This document shows positions 1-10,923 of a stretch of DNA of 43,770 bases, one piece after another. The DNA lies in assembly GCF_004010195.1 (NCBI RefSeq), contig NC_057759.1, positions 3,566,397 through 3,610,166 of the forward strand. Reading direction: 5' to 3'. This DNA comes from Chiloscyllium plagiosum (lineage: Eukaryota). Made by a program: the position numbers and the translations under genes. How positions within the stretch are numbered: position 1 is the stretch's first letter; each line of letters begins with the position of its first letter. The notes beneath the pieces were generated by a model. The model was not told the origin of the DNA. It did no database searches and worked only from the letters and a program-made list of their open reading frames with translations.

Positions 1-156
1 TTTGGACTGTGGGAGGAAACCGGAGCACCCGGAGGAAACCCACGCAGACACGGGGAGAATGTGCAAACTCCACACAGTCAGTTGCCTGAGGCGGGAATTG
101 AACCCGGGTCTCCGGCGCTGTGAGGCAGCAGTGCTAACCACTGTACCACCGTGCCG
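1..156 (-). mobile_element. HE1-type tRNA-derived SINE (5' part; runs off window start)
   Basis: Reverse strand reads GGCACGGTGGTACAGTGGTTAGCACTGCTGCCTCACAGCGCC...GGGTTCAATTCCCGCC (Pol III A and B boxes). Homologous to copies at 11931-12230 and 33160-33468. Confidence 0.9.
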
Positions 157-615
157 TCCATTTTCCAGCCGGCCCTTTACCTGCGAACATCTGCCTCCAA
201 TGCCGCTTATTTCTCTGTCCACCCAAATAACTTCCCTGGATGTATTTCCAGGAATATCCTCCCTCAGCGCAGCTGTAATGCTATCCCTTATCAAAAATGC
301 CACTACCCCTCTTCTCTCGCCTCCCTTTCTAACCTTCCTGTAGCACTTGTATCCTGGAACATTAAGCTGCCAGTCCTGCCCATCCCTGAGCCATGTTTTT
401 GTAATTGCTATGATATCCCAGTCCCATGTTCCGAACCATGCCCTGAGTTTATCTGTCTTCCCTGTTCGGCCCCCAGCATTGAAATAAATGTAATTTAATT
501 TATTAGTCCTACCTGGTCCCTGCCTACCCTGACACACTTCTGTTCTCAAGTGTACCAGTCTCAGATTGATCTCTTTCCTCACTATCTCCCTGGATCCCAC
601 CGCCCTCCCCACCTG
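157..615 (-). mobile_element. CR1 LINE ORF2 APE-endonuclease fragment, decayed
   Basis: Minus strand encodes a GVVAFLIRD segment resembling the CR1 endonuclease of the copies near 22.1 kb and 38.0 kb. Confidence 0.75.
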
Positions 616-1756
616 TACTCTTTGAACTTTCCTGTTTCAACTGGTGACTTTGTGACCTCGTTACCATACAATCACGAAACATCCCAGGGTTTGTGTTCAG
701 TTCATTTACCTGAATTTCCATTGGCTTTTCAACCACAGTTGGCAGCACTCCAACCGGTGAATTAGCAACATCATTAGCAAGGACAAATTGTATTCCTGGA
801 GCTGAAAGTTTGTTCAGTACTCCGACTATGACTTCTCCACTCTTCACTAGATACTCTAACCTCATGTCTTATAATTGAGCATTTCTTATTTCAATGTGAA
901 TTCCTGTTACTCCTACTTTTTCTGGCAATAGTCCTTCAGAGGTACATATATCCTCATGTTTTAGCATTACAGATTGAGACGATCCTTGTATCTCTGAATA
1001 TTGTTACCTCTTTACCTGCTGCTCCTGGCCTATGCGAGTAAACTTTACCTTCACGGCGTATGGTTTAAGATGATCTGGCACTTCCTCCAAAAACAGCCTC
1101 CAACCAGTTTGTACATTCTGGTGCAGCTTTCTAGTCTCCACAGTGCTCTCTGTTACCACTGCAACAGAATTCACTGGCTTATCCTGTTTTCCTACATCTC
1201 AGTGCTTTTCCTAACCCATCAACACCGATTTCATGTGGCCTACTTTATTGCAGTGAGAACACCAGAGCTTTTTCACTTTTATTTTCCTTTCAAGGGTTTC
1301 CTTTTTACCCTGTGGTAAATCATCTTTATGATCTTCACCGAGATCTACTTTTCCCTTTTCAAGTGAGAATTTCTCTTCTGCATAATTATTATCCCTCATG
1401 GATTGAAATTGATTTTGGCAGGCCAATTTTGACTTATTGATCAACTCAATAATCAGCCATTTCCGATGCCAGTCTTGCTGTTTTAACTCTCTGCTCTTCC
1501 ACATGAGTTCTTATTATTTCAGGAAGTGAATTTTTGAACTCCAGTCTAAGCGCCAATTTCCAAAGTTCAAACTCCCTCTTTCTTCCTTTCCCCTCTCTCT
1601 CCTTTTCTCTCTCGTCTCCCTCTCTTCTGCTTTTAATCGTAATTCAAACTCTTTCATTTCTGTTGCCCTTTCCTTGACTTTTGCCTCTAACTCGAGTTGC
1701 TTCATTTTCAATTGAATGTTAGCCATCTTTCATGATTCTGGTGGCATTTCCAGCGA

Positions 1757-2014
1757 GCTGGGAATTTGTGTTGCAGACGTTTCATCCCCTGTCTAGGTGA
1801 CATCCTCAGTGCTTGGGAGCCTCCTGTGAAGCGCTTCTGTGATCTTTCCTCCGGCATTTGTATTAAAGATCACAGAAGCGCTTCACAGGAGGCTTCCAAG
1901 CACTGAGGATGTCACCTAGACAGGGGATGAAACGTCTGCAACACAAATTCCCAGCTCGGCGAACAGAACCACAACAACGAGCACCCGAGCTACAAATCTT
2001 CTCACAAACTTTGA
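1757..2014. mobile_element. Penelope-like terminal-repeat (pLTR) hairpin insertion
   Basis: About 90-bp inverted arms (1754-1847 vs 1866-1958). Flanked by an 11-bp target-site duplication ATTTCCAGCGA (1746-1756 and 2015-2025). Confidence 0.85.
1900..1939 (+). ncRNA. Minimal type I hammerhead ribozyme (PLE family A)
   Basis: GCA-CUGAGGA-U-GUCACCU/AGAC/AGGGGAU-GAAA-CG-UC-UGC. Catalytic core is intact, stem I is GCA/UGC and stem III is palindromic ACGU. A mirror copy lies on the minus strand at about 1773-1812. Confidence 0.7.
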
Positions 2015-2204
2015 ATTTCCAGCGAATTTAAATGTTGAGCTATTGCTGTAATTATCGCCCTTTTCCTCATAGAAGAATGCAGTTGAGCTCCAGCTTGTCT
2101 GCTAATTCCAGCAGCTTGGCCTTAATCACTTTTTGCAAAAATCTGAAGTCACTTCTTCCACACCCAGAAAACGCTTGATGACTCAAAGAGCCATTGCTAT
2201 CCCA

Positions 2205-2339
2205 AACACTGTTTCTTGATGAAGGGCTGATGCCCAAAACATTGATTCTCCTACTCCTCAGATGCTGCCTGACCTGCTTGCTTTTCCAGTACCACATTCT
2301 CGTCTCTGATCTCCAACATCTGCCATCCTCACTTTATCC
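2205..2339 (+). mobile_element. Short PLE-associated repeat (family B) with degenerate hammerhead
   Basis: Homologous to 10714-10923 and 16660-16826. The core is mutated (TTGATGA...CAAAAC). Confidence 0.7.
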
Positions 2340-2472
2340 AAGCGCTGCTTAAACCAATGAATTCAACACCCGGAACACAAAACGCTAATACTTACCACTC
2401 CCTGCCTTTGAGTCCAACAAACCAAATCCCAAATCAGAACTACAGAATAAAGCCTGCAAACAGCCCCCTATC

Positions 2473-3076
2473 TGTTATGGAAAAGGCCAGACCCCCTCCA
2501 AACATTTCAAGAAAGTAACCCAGACTCTAACTTCGCTAGTTGTTTTAAGCGAGTGTAAAAAAGATATTCCAGGAGGGATGCAGTTGGTCAAACCACGCAG
2601 TTTTAAACAAAACAGTTTGATTTACAAAATTACCGAATGATACACAAACAAAAGAGAACAAAATACTAAATAACTTAAAAATCTGAAAAAAACAACAGAT
2701 TTTACCAACTTAATGGTGTTTCCAACATTTACAACAATCCCCATAAATACCCCTTGGCACAAAAGGTAAAATCAAAAACATGATCTTACGGTAGAAATAT
2801 CAGAGAGAGGAGTACCATCATGGAGCTGCTTCTTTGGGTTCAGCAGCTTTTTCAACTGCCTGACAGCCAAAAACCAAATCAAACCAGAGAAAAGCTGAGC
2901 TGGGAAAACTGGGACATTCCCCTTTCATTGTACAAGTGTTCTTTTTAAAAATGTGGAAGCCTTTTGCCTGAGGCATTATCTGTTAACTATAATCAAAATG
3001 GCCCTAAAACCCATCAACTCCGGCTTTTCAGAGCCTGTGTCTTTTACAGGCTTGTTAAAGGAGCAGCAGCATCACA
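2473..3076 (-). mobile_element. 5' LTR of the Gypsy element
   Basis: TG...CA termini with a short inverted repeat (TGTGATG...CATAACA on minus). Followed by a degenerate tRNA-Pro-like PBS (AGGGGGCTG, cf. TGGGGGCTCG) and then gag. Confidence 0.7.
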
Positions 3077-3810
3077 GTAGACTGGTCCAAGAAGTAAAAG
3101 CCCATGGGATACAGGGTAATGTGTTGAATTGGATCCCAAGTTGGCTCAGTCACAGGAAAGAAAGGATAATGGTCAATGGTGGTGGTTGTGAATGGAAATC
3201 TGTTACAAGTCATGCTCTGCATGACTCAGTGTTGGGACCGCTGCTGTTTGTTTTATACATTAATGATTTGGAGTTGAATATGATTGGCAAATTTGTGAAA
3301 TTTACAAACGATACAAAAATTGGCTGAGTAGTGGATAGTGTGGAGTATAGCTGTAAGCTCCTAAACTATATAGATGGTTTGGTGGAGTGGGCAGGAAAGT
3401 GGCAGATGGAGTTCAGCTCTGAGAAGTGTGAGGGAATGCATTTTGGGAAGTCAGATGGTAAATGGGAATAGCTAATAAATGGGAATATGCTGAGAGGGGC
3501 AGGTGAAGTGAGAGATCTTAGTGTGTAAATGAACAGGTCCCTAAAGATAGGTAGGGTTGTAAAGAAGGCACATGGAATGCTCTCCCTCATTGTGGATACA
3601 GGGGTGAATACAAAAATAGGGAAATAACAATGAAACTGTATGAGGCACTGTTGGCTACACCAGGACTTTGTGTGCAGCCGGGTCACGACATTACAGGAAG
3701 GACGTCATTGCTGTGGAGAGAATGCAGAGGAGATTTACTAGAATGTTGCCAGAATTGTAGCTATCAGGAGAGACTGGAGTTGTATTCCTTGGAACAAAGA
3801 TGCCATAGCT
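3077..3810 (+). mobile_element. CR1 LINE RT fragment, decayed
   Basis: Reads DSVLGPLLFVLYINDL...KFTNDTKIG (CR1 RT motifs). Confidence 0.9.
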
Positions 3811-3816
3811 AAGGAA

Positions 3817-4022
3817 TACAGGGAGACCCCATATTTGCGAGTCTGGTTATAGCTGCATACCGTGGACCGGGTATATCAAAGGGAATGTTCCCGAACCACG
3901 GACCAGGAGGTTGCCGGGAAGGCATATTTCCCATTTAAATTAATGGTTTTGCACCTATCTGCGGTTTTGCGTTTCCGCTGTAGGTCCTGGAATATATCCC
4001 CACAGGTACGGGGGGTCTACAG
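3817..4022. mobile_element. Tigger/Tc1-mariner-like MITE, degenerate
   Basis: Imperfect terminal inverted repeats (TACAGGGAGACCCC... / ...GGGGGGTCTACAG). The right end resembles Tigger-type TIRs (CCCCCCGTACCTGTGGGGATATATTCCAGGACC on minus). Confidence 0.55.
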
Positions 4023-4034
4023 AACTAAATAGTG

Positions 4035-4125
4035 AGCTAGCTGATGAAGGACGAGCACTCTGAAAGCGTGCACTTCCACATAAACCTGTTGAATCATAAC
4101 CTGATGTTGCATGATTTTTAACTAA
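4035..4125 (+). mobile_element. PLE terminal repeat fragment (family C) with degenerate hammerhead
   Basis: CTGATGAAGG...GAAAG followed by AAACCTGTTG..TAACCTG, homologous to 18611-18700. Confidence 0.65.
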
Positions 4126-4139
4126 CTCGTGAGAGGGAG

Positions 4140-4482
4140 ACATTAGACAGGAGGAGAGTTCAAAAACAGGGGATCACTGATTCAAACTCAGTGGTGTAGG
4201 ATTAGATGATATGTGGAAAAATGTTTTTTTTAATGTAGAGAGCAGTGGGTATCTGTAATTCGCTGCCTAATTTGGTGGTGCAGGCCGAGACCTTACATTT
4301 TTTTAAACACAAATTCACTGGAACTGCACCAAGTGTTGTAAACAGCAAGGTTATGGGCTGTGGCAGAAAGGTGGGATGAGAATGGGCACCTGGGTGTGTT
4401 GGCATTGGCATGGGCATGGACAAGATGGGCTGAATGTCACCCTCCAACCCCACGAATGCTGTATTATTTTTATGATTCTCTA
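4140..4482 (+). mobile_element. CR1 3' end, decayed
   Basis: Matches the CR1 ORF2 C-terminus and 3' UTR of other copies in the window. Confidence 0.65.
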
Positions 4483-4556
4483 GTTATCAATGAGACCAGA
4501 CTAGACCAGACCTGCTGGGTGAATATGTAAATATATTTTCCATATACCGAAAGTTA

Positions 4557-5590
4557 TGATTTGGAGATGCCGGTGTTGGACTGGGGTGTACAAAGTTAAA
4601 AATCACACAACACCAGGTTATAGTCCAACAGGTTTAATTGGAAGCACACTAGCTTTCGGAGNNNNNNNNNNNNNNNNNNNNNNNNNNNNNNNNNNNNNNN
4701 NNNNNNNNNNNNNNNNNNNNNNNNNNNNNNNNNNNNNNNNNNNNNNNNNNNNNNNNNNNNNNNNNNNNNNNNNNNNNNNNNNNNNNNNNNNNNNNNNNNN
4801 NNNNNNNNNNNNNNNNNNNNNNNNNNNNNNNNNNNNNNNNNNNNNNNNNNNNNNNNNNNNNNNNNNNNNNNNNNNNNNNNNNNNNNNNNNNNNNNNNNNN
4901 NNNNNNNNNNNGTGTGTGTGTGTGTGTGTGTAGGAATATCTGTGTCTGTGTGTGTGTAGTGCAATGGTGATCACCTGTAATGTGACATGAACCCAAGGTC
5001 CCGGTTGAGGCCCTCCCTATGGGTACCGAACTTAGCTATCAGCCTCTGCTCGGCTACTTTCCTCTGCTGCCTGTCCCGAAGTCCATCTTGGAGGATGGTC
5101 ACCCGAAGGTCCGAGGCTGAATGTCCTGGACCACTGAAGTGTTCCACAACTGGGAGGGAACCCTCCTGTCTGTTGATTGTTGTGCGGTGCCCATTCATCC
5201 ATTGTCATAGCCTTTGCTCGGTTTCCCCAATGTGCCATGCCTCCGGGCATCCTTGCCTGCAACATATAACATAGACAACGTTGGCTGAGTCACATGAGTA
5301 CCTACCATGTACAAGGTGGGAGGTGTTCCCATGCCTAATGGTATCCATGTCCACAATCTGACACGTCTCGCAGCGTCCACCGTGACAGGGTTGTATGGAG
5401 TTGTCCTGAGAGCCGGGCAGTTTGCTACGGACAATGATCTGTTTGAGGTTTGGCAGTGGTTTAAAGGCAAGTAGTGGAGGTGTGGGGAAGGTCTTGGTGA
5501 GGTGCTCATCCTCATTGATAATGTGTTGCAGGTCACGGAGAACATGGTGTAATTTTTCAGCCCCTGGGAAGTACTTAACAACGAAGGGTA
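4557..5590 (-). mobile_element. Penelope-like retroelement 3' half (GIY-YIG endonuclease region plus terminal repeat), spans a gap
   Basis: Minus ORF MNGHRTTINRQEGSLPVVEHFSGPGHS...LIAKFGTHREGLNRD is a typical PLE GIY-YIG C-terminus. Followed by (CA)n and the family C terminal repeat. Confidence 0.85.
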
Positions 5591-6254
5591 CCCTGCAAAA
5601 GTTACAGTTTGATAACTACACCCACACATTCACCAAGCAGGAACTGACAGGTATAGATCAATAACTAAACTCACATATCCACATACTCACTTGCATCATG
5701 TGGCCCCATTCATGGAGCTGTATGGGTGTTGTTTAGTTTCGGAATCTCACTCAACTGGTGATAGAATTTAAAGAAAAAAGTGGACAAGGAGCAGCTCGGA
5801 GCAGGAGTGGAATCAGACCTGTGGTTCTGTTTAAATTGCTGGCTTTAAACAACTAATCCTAATGATCATTAACTGAATGTTACATTGATGTTGCCAATCA
5901 CAACTTATGTTGATATATTGGAGGTATCGCTTCTGTCTTCCTCCAGGCAAGTACTCAAAGGACCAAGACAATGTAATATTCTCTCAGTACAGAGCCAAGT
6001 GTGACCAGCTGCTTCAAACAAACAGCAGGCATGTTACTGCTGTCAGAGCGAAGAACATCCTTTCCACAGTCACAGAGTGGATTGAGTCAGACTCACACTG
6101 AACTCCATTTCCAGAGAGATATGTTAAAACCAAGAGCCAAACACCACCAAGGAAATAGAAGTTTATATTTTTTATCTATATTCTCAATGAATGCTACCCA
6201 GTTCCAATCAATTTGAATGAATCGTCATCCGAAATGTACACTGCATTAAAATCT

Positions 6255-7540
6255 GAACATAGAATGGTCCAGCACAGGAATGGGTCCTTCAACCCACGAT
6301 GTTGTGCTGAACATGACGCTGAATGAAATTTAATCCCTTCTGCCTGCCCATTGTCCATATTCCTCCATTTCTTGCATGTTAATTTGCTTATTTTAAAGTC
6401 CCTTCAATACCTTTATCGTATCTGCCTCCATCACCACCCGTGGCAGTGTGTTCCACTCCTATGTTAAAAGAAACTGCACCTTCTGTCTCCTTTGAACTTT
6501 CCCTGTCTCACCTTGTATGCATGCCCCTTAGTTTTACACATTTCAACTCTTGGAAAAAGATTCTGACCATCAACCTTAAGCATGCATCTCATAATTTTAT
6601 AGACTTCTGGATGTAGGTTTGCTCACTGAGATGGAAGATGTGCTTTGAGACGTTTTGTAGGTAACATCATCAGTGAGCCTCTGGATGAAGCACTGGTGGT
6701 ATGGCCCACTTTCTGTTTATATGTTTAGGTTTCCTTGGGTTGGTGATGTCATTTCCTGTGGTGATGTCATTTAGTGTTCATTTTCTCTGGGGGTGGTAAA
6801 TGGAATCCAAGTCAATCTGTTTGTTGGAGTTCCAGTTGGAGTTCTATTGCATGTCTGGTTTGACCTGTCCTCGGGTGGATGTGTTGTCCCAGCCGAAGTG
6901 GTGTCCTTCCTCATCTGTATGTAAGGATACTCGTGAGAGTGGGAAATGTCTTTTTGTGGCTAGTTGATGTTCATATATCGTGTTGGCTAGTTTTCTGCCT
7001 GTTTGTCCAATGTAGTGGACACAAATAGAAAGTGGGCCACACCAGGAGTTCTATTGCATGTCTCGGTTTGACCTGTCCTCAGGTGGATGTGTTGTCCCAG
7101 CCGAAGTGGTGTCCTTCCTCATACTAGTGAGAGTGGGAAATGTCTTTTTGTGGCTAGTTGGTGTTCATATATCGTGTTGGCTAGTTTTCTGCCTGTTTGT
7201 CCAATGTAGTGGACACAAATAGAAAGTGGGCCACACCACCAGTGCTTCATCTGGAGGCTCACTGATAATGTTACCTAGTATGGTGACAAAACATCTGAAA
7301 ATGAACCTTCCAGCTTAGCGAGAAAACCTAGATCCAGAACCTCAACCTGAGCTACAACGCTTCTCAAAATTCTGCAGACTTCCATTAAGTCTGCCTTCAA
7401 TCTCTGCTGCTCAGAAGAAAACTATTTGGGTTTTTCTAGCTTCTCTTTATAGCTCATACCCGCTAGACAACATTCTGGCAAACGTCTTCTGCACCCTCTG
7501 TGAATCCTTCACATCCTTCTTGTAATGTGCCAACCACAAT
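6255..7540 (-). mobile_element. CR1 3' portion interrupted by a PLE insertion
   Basis: CR1 3' UTR and ORF2 end at 6255-6607, resuming at 7376. Confidence 0.75.
6608..7375. mobile_element. PLE insertion with inverted termini and internal ~200-bp tandem duplication
   Basis: TSD AGACTTC (6601-6607 and 7376-7382). Arms at 6608-6720 and 7215-7335 are inverted. Direct duplication at about 6838-7043 and 7046-7237. Related to family A. Confidence 0.75.
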
Positions 7541-7541
7541 T

Positions 7542-8305
7542 GAAAAATCACGCAACACCAGATTATAGTCCAGCAGGTTCATTTGGAAGTACTAGCTTTC
7601 ATAGCGCTGCTCCTTCATCAGGTAGCTGTGAAACAGGATCATGAAGCACAGAATCTACCGCAAAAGATTATAGTGTCATGCAACTGAAATGATATTTTGA
7701 AGAAACCCAGATTGCTGTTCAGTGTTTCATCTTTTAGAAAGGGTTGCAGGTTTCAGTTCATTAAACTTTTAAATCACATTCACAAGATAACTTCAGATTT
7801 TATTTAAAAAGAGTAACATCTCAGCTCAGACAATGTATTAAAGGTGTGAGGTTAGAGTCTGTCTGTATCCCAATCTTGAATTAGACTGGTTCTATAGCCA
7901 AAGTAGGAATTTATAAACTATTACATGGATTGACTGCCTGTAGATTGTGCTCTTTTTGAGCAAAATACAATGCATCTGCAAACATAATTCTGTAAATGCA
8001 AATTCTCCCCAGAGACTTGCATGTGTGCACTTGCGTGTGAGAGAGAGAGACAGAGACAGAGAGCATTTGAGTGTGAGTCGACATGCGAATGTGTGTATGT
8101 ATGCTTGGTAAAGTGTGTGTATGAGTGTGGTAGAATATAAGCCTGTGAGAGGTTGTGTGCTTGAGTGTGGGAGGTGCATGAATGTACGTATGAGGGAAAA
8201 CGTGTGGATAAGAGAGGGTCTGCGTGTGTGTGTGTATGTGTGTGTGTAGTGTGACAGGAACCCAAGGTCTCAATTTGAGGTTGTCCTCTCAGGTTCTGAA
8301 CTTGA
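7542..8305 (-). mobile_element. PLE terminal repeat/3' UTR (family C) with TG-rich simple repeat
   Basis: Homologous to 4590-4661 and 18265-18490. A hammerhead-like CUGAUGA...GAAAGCUA lies on the minus strand at 7591-7625. Confidence 0.75.
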
Positions 8306-8504
8306 GTAAGGATACTTTTAACGTGACAATCGAGGTGAACAAATAGACGATGCTGTTAGCTTGTAGTTATATGTGAGGTAGATAGTGAGCACATTGAAGG
8401 AAACATTTCTGCTATCAGTAACTGAGAAGGACAGAATTAATCTTTTGTCACAATACTCTAAGTATGGCCCAAGGAAAGTCAAACAATAAGGCAAGTGCGC
8501 CATA

Positions 8505-8795
8505 CGCCACCTTCTAGATACCACCCAATCTACCTGCATGGCCACTTTCAGGGAGCTATAGACTTGAACCCTAAAGATCCTTCTGTACGTCAATGTTGTT
8601 CAGAGTCCAGCCATTAACTGTATACCTTTCCTTAACATTTGATCTCCCAAAGTCCATCATCTTACACCTTGCCAGGTTAAACTCAATCTGTCATTTCTCC
8701 GCCCATATCTGCAAGTGATCTATATCCTGCTGTATCCTTTGACAAACTTCTACACTACCCACAAGTCCACCGATCTTTATATTGTCTGCATTTAG
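8505..8795 (-). mobile_element. CR1 RT fragment
   Basis: Minus reading ADNIKIGGLVGSVEVCQRIQQDIDHLQIWAEK. Confidence 0.8.
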
Positions 8796-9269
8796 TAATG
8801 ATAATTTAAATGTTACAATCAAGGTGAACAAATTGCTGATGTGATTACTTTGAACAACTATATGTAAAGTAGATATTGAGTACAAATTGAATTGAAGGAT
8901 ATATTTGTTATCAGTAACTGTGAAGGACAATGAATCTTTTGTCACATACACTGACAGAGCAATCAAATAATATGAATTCCAAATACACAATCTGTGTCAA
9001 AGCCTTACATAGAATGATTGATATGTAGGTACGCAACCAAACGTTTTCCCCAATCCCCCCACCCCCACCACACACACACACAGTCTCTCTCTCTCTCCGA
9101 CTTACGATGAGTTTCAAAAACATACACCATCCTGACACACAGTACAATGTCTAACAGCCATGCAGTTCCATTGACATTGCAAGTAACACAGAATGTTACA
9201 TTCAAAATTATTTCTACCCACAGATCCTTTGTCAGAGAGGCCAATGGATGGTATCAGCAATAACATTAG

Positions 9270-9963
9270 CAAATTTGCTGGGTGGCAGGGTGAAATGTGA
9301 TGAGGATGTTAGGAGATTACAGGGTGACCTGGACAAGTTAGCTGAGTGGGCAGATGCATGGCAGATGCAGTTTAATGTGGATAAATGTATGGTTATCCAC
9401 TTTGGTAGCAAGAACAGGAAGGCAGACTACTACCTCAATGGAATCAATTTATGTAAAGGGGCAGTACAGAGAGATCTGGAGTGCAGCGTAGATTCACGAG
9501 GTCAATTCCTGGAATAGCAGGATTACCTTACACTGAAAGACTGAAGCGACCCTTGAGTTTCGAAGATTGAGAGGGGATCTGATTGAGACATATAAGATTA
9601 TGAAAGGATTGGACACTCTGGCAGTAGGAAACATATTTCCACTGATGGGTGCGTGCTGAACCAGAGGACACAGCTTAAAAATACGGGGTAGACCATTTAG
9701 GACAGAGCTCAGGAGAAACTTCTTCACCCAGAGAGTGGTGGCTGTGTGGAATGCTCTGCCCCAGAGGGCAGTGGAGGCCCACTCTCTGGATTCATTTAAG
9801 AAAGAGTTGGATAGAGCTCTCAAAGATAGTGGAATCAAGGGTTATGGAGATAAGGCAGGAACAGGATACTGATTAGGAATGATCAGCCATGATTATATTG
9901 AATGGCGGTGCAAGCTCGAAGGGCTGAATGACCTACTCCTCCACCTATTTTCTATTGTCTATA
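9270..9963 (+). mobile_element. CR1 RT fragment and 3' end with internal deletion
   Basis: Reads LQGDLDKLAEWADAWQMQFNVDKC. The 3' UTR is closely similar to 13655-14015. Confidence 0.9.
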
Positions 9964-10713
9964 GCACACACTCAGGCCCTTTGAAACTTTTGAGTCTGCA
10001 CTGATCAGAAACAACCAGCTAACAATTTTCTTCCTGATCAGCCAGCATCTATTTGCATAAATGGATCATGGGTGCAGAGGAGCTTATCATCCCCATCTTT
10101 CTCACAACATCATTCTGCATTTCTTCATATTGCAGTAGAAGACTTTATTTTGTCTGTTTCAGTCCTCCCAGAAACTTTTTTTAGGTAATTATGTACTTCT
10201 TTCGTAAGTGTTGCAATTTTCTACAAGGAGCTCTGCATTCCTCACTCCCTCCTCCTCTCCCTGAAATGTCTCTCCAAAAAAGCATGAAATCTGGGTGCAA
10301 TTTTCACAATGCATCAATGGAATCTAATAACCAACCCCTCAAAGCAGTGGAGAAAAGTGGGAGGGGGGCGAAGCCAAAATTGGTAGACTTGTAGAATTGC
10401 ACATTTTATTTTCAAGCAGAGTTGAACAGTGTTGATTATTTCATAAATTGAATTTGACAGTTTACACATTCTACACTGCATGACAAAAAAAAAACAAGTC
10501 CTTTTCCTTTCCTCTTCCATACTTTAGAGCAACATAAAACTACTGCTAATGGTGTATCATCACACTACAGAGCAGGGTAATGTTCTGTTTACATCAGGAA
10601 ATAGAAGTGAATTAGCTAATTGTCTTTTTCGTACAAGGTCAGTCAGCTCCAATGCAGTTGAATTGTTTGTCACTTAGTTGCAAATGGATTCAGTTTACAC
10701 CGATTGTTACTTT

Positions 10714-10923
10714 GAGGAGAAAGTGAGGACTGCAGATGCTGGAATCAGAGCTGAAAATGTGTTGCTGGAAAAGCGCAGCAGGTCAGGCAGCATCCAAGGA
10801 GCAGGAGAATCGACGTTTAGGGCATGAGCCCTTCTTCAGGAATGCCCGAAACGTTGATTCTCCTGCTTCTTGGATGCTGCCTGACCTGCTGCGCTTTTCC
10901 AGCAACACATTTTCAGCACTGAT
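10714..10923. mobile_element. Palindromic PLE-associated repeat (family B)
   Basis: GAGAAAGTGAGGACTGCAGATGCTGG head. Inverted arms at 10743-10828 and 10843-10924. Confidence 0.8.

Larger units (their letters stand above)
620..2472 (-). mobile_element. Ty3/Gypsy LTR retrotransposon internal region (gag and protease remnants), disrupted
   Basis: Minus-strand fragments: gag N-terminus (KAKLLELADKLEL), a coiled-coil E/K/R-rich stretch, a zinc-knuckle-like CSHCNKVGH, and a frameshifted protease RDT(G)SSQS-like motif near 975-1000. Interrupted by two PLE-related inserts. Confidence 0.75.

Noticed and set aside
4556..4996. X-rich ORFs here and at 11619-11953 and 35392-35891
   Set aside because: Artefacts of translating through N gaps.
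5907..6216. Short plus-strand ORFs in non-repeat sequence
   Set aside because: No recognisable motifs and no consistent splice-site pair.
10051..10058. Octamer ATTTGCAT (also ATGCAAAT near 7997 and 42454)
   Set aside because: A few 8-mer hits are near chance in 44 kb, and there is no adjacent leader or V exon.
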